Source: Armatimonadota bacterium (GTDB lineage: Bacteria > Armatimonadota > UBA5829 > DTLH01). From it: 64,000 nt of DNA. The translations under genes were made by a program, and so were the position numbers. The stretch is taken from positions 160,001 through 224,000 of the forward strand of contig JBBRAE010000001.1 in NCBI GenBank assembly GCA_038207085.1, written 5' to 3'. Positions 58,604 to 64,000 of the stretch are shown here, in pieces. The notes under the pieces are model-generated. The model ran no database searches, was not told the DNA's origin, and was given only the letters and a program-made list of their open reading frames with translations. Numbering within the stretch: position 1 is the first letter of the stretch; each line of letters starts with the position of its first letter.

Positions 58604-58755
58604 CTGTAACAAGCGTAGGGCCGGTGAATAATCGTCGCCGGCCCTGTCGGTATTATGCGACTTCGGTTCTTGACATATCCTCGTCTATGGTGCAAAATGT
58701 CTTCGCGACTCTGACGGCGCAATTGCTTGGCACGCGGTCGGTCGCTGGAGGGACC

Positions 58756-59319
58756 ATGATGACTGGTTCGATTAGCATGTTGATTATATTTGGGGTTCTG
58801 GGGCTGGTTGTGTTCTGGGTAATCCTCACTTACAACCGACTTGTGGTGCTCAAAAATGGAATTGAAAACGCGTGGTCGCAGATTGACGTTCAGCTTAGAC
58901 GACGTTTCGACCTGATACCGAATCTCGTTGAGACCGTGAAGGGTTACGCTTCCCACGAAAAAGAGGTCTTTGAGAAGGTTACGCAGGCCCGTGCATCGAT
59001 GGCAAACGCTCAAGGCGTTGCACAGCAGGCCGAAGCTCAGAACCTGATCACCGGAGCGCTGAAGAGCCTCTTTGCGGTAAGCGAGGCTTACCCCGAGCTA
59101 AAAGCAAACGAGAACTTCATGATGCTGCAGGAAGAGCTGTCGGGCACGGAATCGAAGATCGCCTACGCCAGACAGTTCTACAACGACTCTGTGATGTCGT
59201 TCAACACGATGATACAGTCGTTCCCTGCGAACCTGCTCGCTGGCGCATTCGGGTTTGCTGCTAAAGAATACTTCCCTATGGAAGACGTAGCCCGCGAGCC
59301 GGTGAAGGTTCAGTTCTAA
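58756..59319 (+). CDS. lemA: LemA family protein
   Basis: YNRLV..AWSQIDVQLRRRFDLIPNLVETVKGY, EAYPELKA, ARQFYN, FPANL. Confidence 0.96.
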   Translation: MMTGSISMLIIFGVLGLVVFWVILTYNRLVVLKNGIENAWSQIDVQLRRRFDLIPNLVETVKGYASHEKEVFEKVTQARASMANAQGVAQQAEAQNLITGALKSLFAVSEAYPELKANENFMMLQEELSGTESKIAYARQFYNDSVMSFNTMIQSFPANLLAGAFGFAAKEYFPMEDVAREPVKVQF

Positions 59320-60500
59320 CGGACTATCCCAAGCTCTTTTCCGACCCGGCCAAGGGCATCGAGCGCCCGGTCGAGATGTTCACGCGTATGCTCTGAGGTC
59401 ACAATGGTGCGCACGCGCGACTTCTCCTCCGGGACAGTCGGGTAGCCGATCCCCTGGGCGAACACGCCCTGCTCGAAAAGCCTGTCAGAGAGTCTCATCA
59501 CAAGCTCGCCTCGCCCGACGATGATCGGTGTGATCGGCGTCTCGCTCGATCCTGTGTTGAACCCAAGTGTAGCAAGTTCACTCTTGAAGTAACGGGTATT
59601 CTCCCAAAGCCGCGCTATTCTCTGGGGTTCAGAGAGAAGCACATCGATTGCGGCGATGCAGGTGGCTATGACAGACGGCGGATGCGACGTGCTGAAGAGT
59701 AGTGGTCGAGCGCGGTGGATCATGAGCTCGCGAACCCGTTCGCCGCAGGCCACGTACCCGCCCATCGCCCCTATTGCTTTTGAAAGTGTCCCAACTTGTA
59801 TGTCTACCCGCCCGTGGAGGCCGAAGTGGTCCACCGTCCCGCGGCCGTTTTGCCCCAGTACCCCGCTTGCGTGGGCATCGTCAACCATCAGGATCGCGCC
59901 AAACTCATCAGCAAGGTCAGCAAGAGCAGGAAGCGGGGCGATGTCGCCGTCCATGCTGAACACCCCGTCTGTTACGATCAGCTTCTTGCGATATTCGCCA
60001 GACTCACTCAAAATGGCTCTGAGGGCATCTGTATCGCGGTGCGGAAAGACCTTCCGGGTCGCTTTGGTGAGCCGCAACCCGTCGATGATGCTTGCGTGGT
60101 TGAGCTCGTCGCTGATCGCGAGGTCGCCTTCCTCCAGGATAGACCCAAGCACCGCAAGGTTCGCCACAAACCCGGACTGCAGAACGAGAGAGGTCTCCGT
60201 CTTCTTGAACTCGGCAAGTTTTTGTTCGAGTGTCTCGTGAATCGACATCGTTCCGGCGATTGTTCTGACCGAAGCCGTCCCCACCCCAAGTTCTTCTATC
60301 GCACGGATCGCAGCCTGTTTCAGCCGGGGGTGAGTGGTAAGCCCGAGGTAGTTGTTGGAAGACAGGTTGATGACCTCGCGGCCGTCGAACCTCGACACGG
60401 GCAACTGCTCACCGTCAAGCACCCGCAGACGGCGGTAAAGCCCCTTCTCTTTCAGAGAATCAAGAGTGGCGTCTACGAAATCGAGCGCACGAGCCGTCAC
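59316..60500 (-). CDS. kbl: Glycine C-acetyltransferase (2-amino-3-ketobutyrate CoA ligase)
   Basis: SSNNYLGL, DELNHASIIDG, DGVFSMDGD, VDDAH, GTLSKA; coupled to tdh. Confidence 0.9.
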   Translation of the reverse strand: MTARALDFVDATLDSLKEKGLYRRLRVLDGEQLPVSRFDGREVINLSSNNYLGLTTHPRLKQAAIRAIEELGVGTASVRTIAGTMSIHETLEQKLAEFKKTETSLVLQSGFVANLAVLGSILEEGDLAISDELNHASIIDGLRLTKATRKVFPHRDTDALRAILSESGEYRKKLIVTDGVFSMDGDIAPLPALADLADEFGAILMVDDAHASGVLGQNGRGTVDHFGLHGRVDIQVGTLSKAIGAMGGYVACGERVRELMIHRARPLLFSTSHPPSVIATCIAAIDVLLSEPQRIARLWENTRYFKSELATLGFNTGSSETPITPIIVGRGELVMRLSDRLFEQGVFAQGIGYPTVPEEKSRVRTIVTSEHTREHLDRALDALGRVGKELGIVR

Positions 60501-61540
60501 TTTGGCACCTCACCGTTGGGATATAGCAGCACCTTGCCGCACTGCCCAGAGGCCATTATCTCCATAGCGCGATCGATGTCTTCAAATCGCATCCGGTGGG
60601 TGATGATCGGGAAGAGGTCGACCCTGTGCGACTGTATCAGCCTGGTTGCCTGGTACCACGTCTTGAACATACGCCGTCCGTGTATTCCCTGGACGATCAA
60701 ACCCTTCAGAACAACATCGCTTCCGATATCGATTTCAACCGGCGACTTTGGAAGCCCAAGAAGCGACACCCTGCCTCCCGCGCGGGCCATTTTGAATGCA
60801 GATGTGATGGCGTCGGGGTCGCCTGACATCTCAAGCACTACGTCGAAACCGACGCCCTCGGTCAACTCCGTCGCTGCTTGAACTGCGCCATTCCCCCCGT
60901 TAACCACGGCGTCCGCTCCGAGTTTCCTGGCGAGCGCGAGTCGGAAGTCGGATATGTCAAACCCAACCACACGGGTTGCCCCAGCCGCCCGAGCGATCGG
61001 AATAGCGGCAAGACCGATCGGGCCACATCCGACGACCGCCACAGTCGTCCCAGCGATCTCGCCCGAGAGCACAGTGTGGACTGCGTTGCCGATGGGGTCG
61101 AAAATCGCGCCAACTTCGGCGGGAATCTCCGGGGCGAGCTCCCAGACGTAATGCTCGGGCATCACGAGGTACTCGGCAAAGCTGCCGTTTCGGTCGATCC
61201 CGCAGACCTCGACGTGTGAACAGACATGTGCCTGGCCTGTTTTACATTGATAGCAGTGTCCACAGGTGATGTGACACTCGGCGGTGACCAAGTCCCCAAC
61301 TCGAACGCGACGGACCTCCGACCCGACCTCAACCACCTCTCCGCAGAACTCGTGCCCGAGGACCACGGGCAGTTTCAGACGTTTAGCCGACCATTCGTCC
61401 CACGAATAGACGTGCAGATCCGTGCCACAGATCCCGGCTATCTTGATCTTGATCAAGACGTCCCCGGGGCAGACGGTTGGCATTTCAACCTCCACTACGT
61501 CCAGGCCGGGTAGTGGAAACACCTTCGCGATCGCTTTCAT
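60497..61540 (-). CDS. tdh: L-threonine 3-dehydrogenase
   Basis: GICGTDLH..WDEW, GHEF, Cys4 Zn site, DPIGNAVHT, GCGPIG, LEMSG, GRRMFKTWY. Confidence 0.94.
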   Translation of the reverse strand: MKAIAKVFPLPGLDVVEVEMPTVCPGDVLIKIKIAGICGTDLHVYSWDEWSAKRLKLPVVLGHEFCGEVVEVGSEVRRVRVGDLVTAECHITCGHCYQCKTGQAHVCSHVEVCGIDRNGSFAEYLVMPEHYVWELAPEIPAEVGAIFDPIGNAVHTVLSGEIAGTTVAVVGCGPIGLAAIPIARAAGATRVVGFDISDFRLALARKLGADAVVNGGNGAVQAATELTEGVGFDVVLEMSGDPDAITSAFKMARAGGRVSLLGLPKSPVEIDIGSDVVLKGLIVQGIHGRRMFKTWYQATRLIQSHRVDLFPIITHRMRFEDIDRAMEIMASGQCGKVLLYPNGEVPK

Positions 61541-61668
61541 AATTCCCTCGACTCAAAGGCAAGCTGCTTTTGTGATACCCAGGGTAAATATTTCCCACAC
61601 AAAGCAGTCGCCTGCTCGGTGTGAACAAACTGTACGGGAGGGTATCATGACGGTGCAGGAGGACTACT

Positions 61669-62052
61669 ATGGACCTGAATACAACGTTCCCACGGGCAGG
61701 CGAGATGCTGCTCGGTGGTTATCCCTGGGTTGCTCGCATGTCAGACAAGGCGCGGGCTTACAACGAAGGCACTCTCGGTGACTTTATCTATCCATGCCCG
61801 ATCGACAAGGAGATGCTTGCGGAGCTCAATCTAACCGGAGAAGAGTTCGCGGAGATTGCCGAGCAGTGCCCGACCGATATCGACCTGCTTAACGAGCTTG
61901 GGTTACCCGAGGACAACAAAGACCACGATGTTCATCGCTGGGCGATGGAGTTTCTGTCTAACCGGCACGATAGCCTGATGAGGCAAGCCGAGGAGGAAGG
62001 CCGTGTCTACCATCCTCCTGACAGCATTGAGATCATAAGGCCATTTGCGTAG
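61669..62052 (+). CDS. DUF5069-like small protein
   Basis: MDL..FPR..LGGY.WVARMSDKARA..GTLGDFIYPCPID; AGGAGG SD. Confidence 0.75.
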   Translation: MDLNTTFPRAGEMLLGGYPWVARMSDKARAYNEGTLGDFIYPCPIDKEMLAELNLTGEEFAEIAEQCPTDIDLLNELGLPEDNKDHDVHRWAMEFLSNRHDSLMRQAEEEGRVYHPPDSIEIIRPFA

Positions 62053-62087
62053 ATTAGGACGAGTGGTGGGCGGTTAACCACTTCCCA

Positions 62088-63173
62088 TCACTCGTCGCTC
62101 ACTTTCCCCCTGGCCCGTGCCTTGAGAGCGTTGGAAACCGCAGGCTTTGCCTTTACCCACAGCCAGTACCACAGAGGCGAGAGCACCATGTCGTACTCCC
62201 CGATATACTCAACGTAGCGGGGAGAAAAGCCTTCTTTAAAGCGATTAAGGCCCTGGAGGTGATCGTCGTCCTCGCTCGCACCACGCCTTGGCGAGACTCC
62301 GCGGAAATCGTACCACTTACACCCTGCCTCTTTGGCCCACTGGATGGCTACCCACTGCATCAGGTGGTTTGGCATCAGGTTGCGGTGCTCATTGCTCGAT
62401 GCGCCGTAGACGTACCATGCGCGGTCACCGATGATGAAGTTGAATGCGCCGGAGATGACCTGTCCTTCGTGATAAGTGAGGAAGAGCTTGACGAAGCCTG
62501 AGGGCTCAAGGATGTCCCACATCGTCTCAAAATAGCTAAAGCCACGCACCAAAAACTCGTCGCGCTTTGCTGTGACTTGCAGAACATCGTAAAACGCCCG
62601 CAGGTCTTCTCTCGTGCAGTCACTTTTGACGGTGACTCCCTTCTTCTCGGCAAGCCGGATGTTGTAGCGCCATTTGGGCTTGAAGCTTGCGAGTAGGTCG
62701 TCTATGCTCTGGTCGAGATCGAGCTGCATCACGCACTTTGGCTGAGTGCCGCCAAACCCTGTCGGGTCGGCGACAAGCTTGAAGCCCGCCTGCTCGATAT
62801 TCAACGCGGAAACGCTGTCCTCAATGGGAACAGGTGGGTCGATTTTGAGAAGTATCGCGCCATGCTTCAGCGCGATCGCACGCAGGCCTGCTGTAAACTC
62901 TGAAACGAGTCGCGGGTCGATAGTGTCCATAACCGGGCCGCGCGACACGTAAGCGATGAACTTGCCGGTCCTTGGGATACTGCGAAGTAGCACGGAGGCA
63001 ATGGCGACGATCCTTCCGGATTCGTCCTCACCGACTACCCTCACGGGCCTCCAGCCACTCTTAGCTTTTACATCTCCCCATTCCCAGGACTGCATAAGGT
63101 CGCCGGTCGGGAAATTGGCGACAAAACCGTTAAAACTGGCCTTTTCGGCCTCGGGTATCTCTCGAATATTCAC
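62088..63173 (-). CDS. FemABX-family peptidoglycan aminoacyltransferase
   Basis: QSWEWG.VK..GW, RGP, LKIDP, KWRYNIRLAEKKGV, YVYGAS, PNHLMQW, YDFRG, GLNRFKEGF, EYIGEYD. Confidence 0.92.
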   Translation of the reverse strand: MNIREIPEAEKASFNGFVANFPTGDLMQSWEWGDVKAKSGWRPVRVVGEDESGRIVAIASVLLRSIPRTGKFIAYVSRGPVMDTIDPRLVSEFTAGLRAIALKHGAILLKIDPPVPIEDSVSALNIEQAGFKLVADPTGFGGTQPKCVMQLDLDQSIDDLLASFKPKWRYNIRLAEKKGVTVKSDCTREDLRAFYDVLQVTAKRDEFLVRGFSYFETMWDILEPSGFVKLFLTYHEGQVISGAFNFIIGDRAWYVYGASSNEHRNLMPNHLMQWVAIQWAKEAGCKWYDFRGVSPRRGASEDDDHLQGLNRFKEGFSPRYVEYIGEYDMVLSPLWYWLWVKAKPAVSNALKARARGKVSDE

Positions 63174-63234
63174 GCGGAAAATTGTACCACCACCGGCGTA
63201 TTCCGTCAATCAAAAGATATCGAGCACCCAGGGA

Positions 63235-63603
63235 TTAGCCCTGGTTCTGCCTGACTTTCAGTGCTGCAAGAGCCTCTTTGGCCTTCTGATAGAAAGGTTC
63301 GATGTCGAGCGCCTTCTCATACTCGTACTCCGCCTCGGCCAATATGCCGGTGGCTTCGTAGGCCTGAGCTATATTGTAGTGGGACTTGGCGACATCTGGT
63401 GCTACCTGCACGGCGAGCTTGAACGCGCCGATCGCCTTGTCCATACGTCCCTTGCTCGCGTAAGCCGCGCCGAGATAGTTGAACACGCGGTAGTCGGACT
63501 GACTGAGTCTGGTAGACTCCTCAAGTTCGGCTATCGCCGTATCCAAGTCGCCAGCCTTCATAGCCGTGAGACCAAGCTGAAAATGTATCTGTTCTTGCTC
63601 CAT
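63235..63603 (-). CDS. TPR repeat protein
   Basis: AGGAGG SD; three TPR-like units (FNYLGAAY, HYNIAQAY). Confidence 0.88.
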   Translation of the reverse strand: MEQEQIHFQLGLTAMKAGDLDTAIAELEESTRLSQSDYRVFNYLGAAYASKGRMDKAIGAFKLAVQVAPDVAKSHYNIAQAYEATGILAEAEYEYEKALDIEPFYQKAKEALAALKVRQNQG

Positions 63604-63697
63604 ATCAAATATCCTCCTGTGCGTCCAGTATATAGCGCAAAGCACACATGTGTAAAGATCGGCTAAATGGTGTAAATTGTTCAGAGCCAGCTGATGA

Positions 63698-64000
63698 GCC
63701 CTGTTCCTAGGTTACTACTACTCGCAGACCACTGACCGTTACGCTGACGCGACCAAAATCCCAAATCCGACAACTCACAGCGGCACGGTTAAGGTCTATG
63801 GGCTGACACCCGGACAGTATACGCTGGAGCGATGGAGCACCACAGACACCAACCCGGCCACCCAAGTTACGTCAACGTCTACGATCACCGTTGGATCAGA
63901 CGGAATCGCGACTGTTTCGACTAGCAGCATAACCTGCGGCGTGGAGTTCAAAATCAAGCCAGCTGGCGCGCCAACCCCTCCTCCTCAGCCGACTCTCAAG
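63698..64000 (+). pseudogene. Start-less coding fragment of a secreted-type protein, runs off the right edge
   Basis: Frame open from 63698 after TGA TGA: LFLGYYYSQTTDRY..VKVYGLTPGQYTLERWST..FKIKPAGAPTPPPQP; no ATG or SD at its 5' end. Confidence 0.5.

Noticed and set aside
58615..58646. GTAG followed by a hairpin, as another REP
   Set aside because: The sequence is unlike the REP family here and GTAG is part of the stem; more likely a terminator.

Overview
Chromosomal window from a moderately GC-rich bacterium. Gene content and protein style suggest a diderm Terrabacteria lineage, probably Armatimonadota (inference). About 55 CDS and three tRNAs (Arg-TCT, His-GTG, Leu-TAA); no CRISPR, prophage, rRNA or intact transposase seen. 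Main points: (1) a LexA-boxed, apparently leaderless damage-mutagenesis cassette with a catalytically dead Y-family polymerase, a stand-alone ImuB-C-like protein and dnaE2, but no imuA; (2) an operon SDR - PPi-type Pfk homologue - HAD - LarA-family epimerase - gnd, suggesting an undescribed hexuronate to 6-phosphogluconate route in which the Pfk homologue supplies the missing kinase step; (3) a type III glnA leader stacking an ANTAR-type attenuator and an actinobacterial GlnR-like box; (4) two copies of a GTAG-REP doublet with compensatory base changes, each nested in a different inverted-repeat shell, plus a GGAG-type doublet and a CTAG-flanked MITE-like element; (5) a DUF1638-hydantoinase/ASKHA ATPase fusion; (6) a large beta-barrel-like protein with an SprA-like motif, absent from the ORF track, and a 1.86k-aa secreted multidomain protein. 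All family calls come from motif recognition by eye, not database searches.
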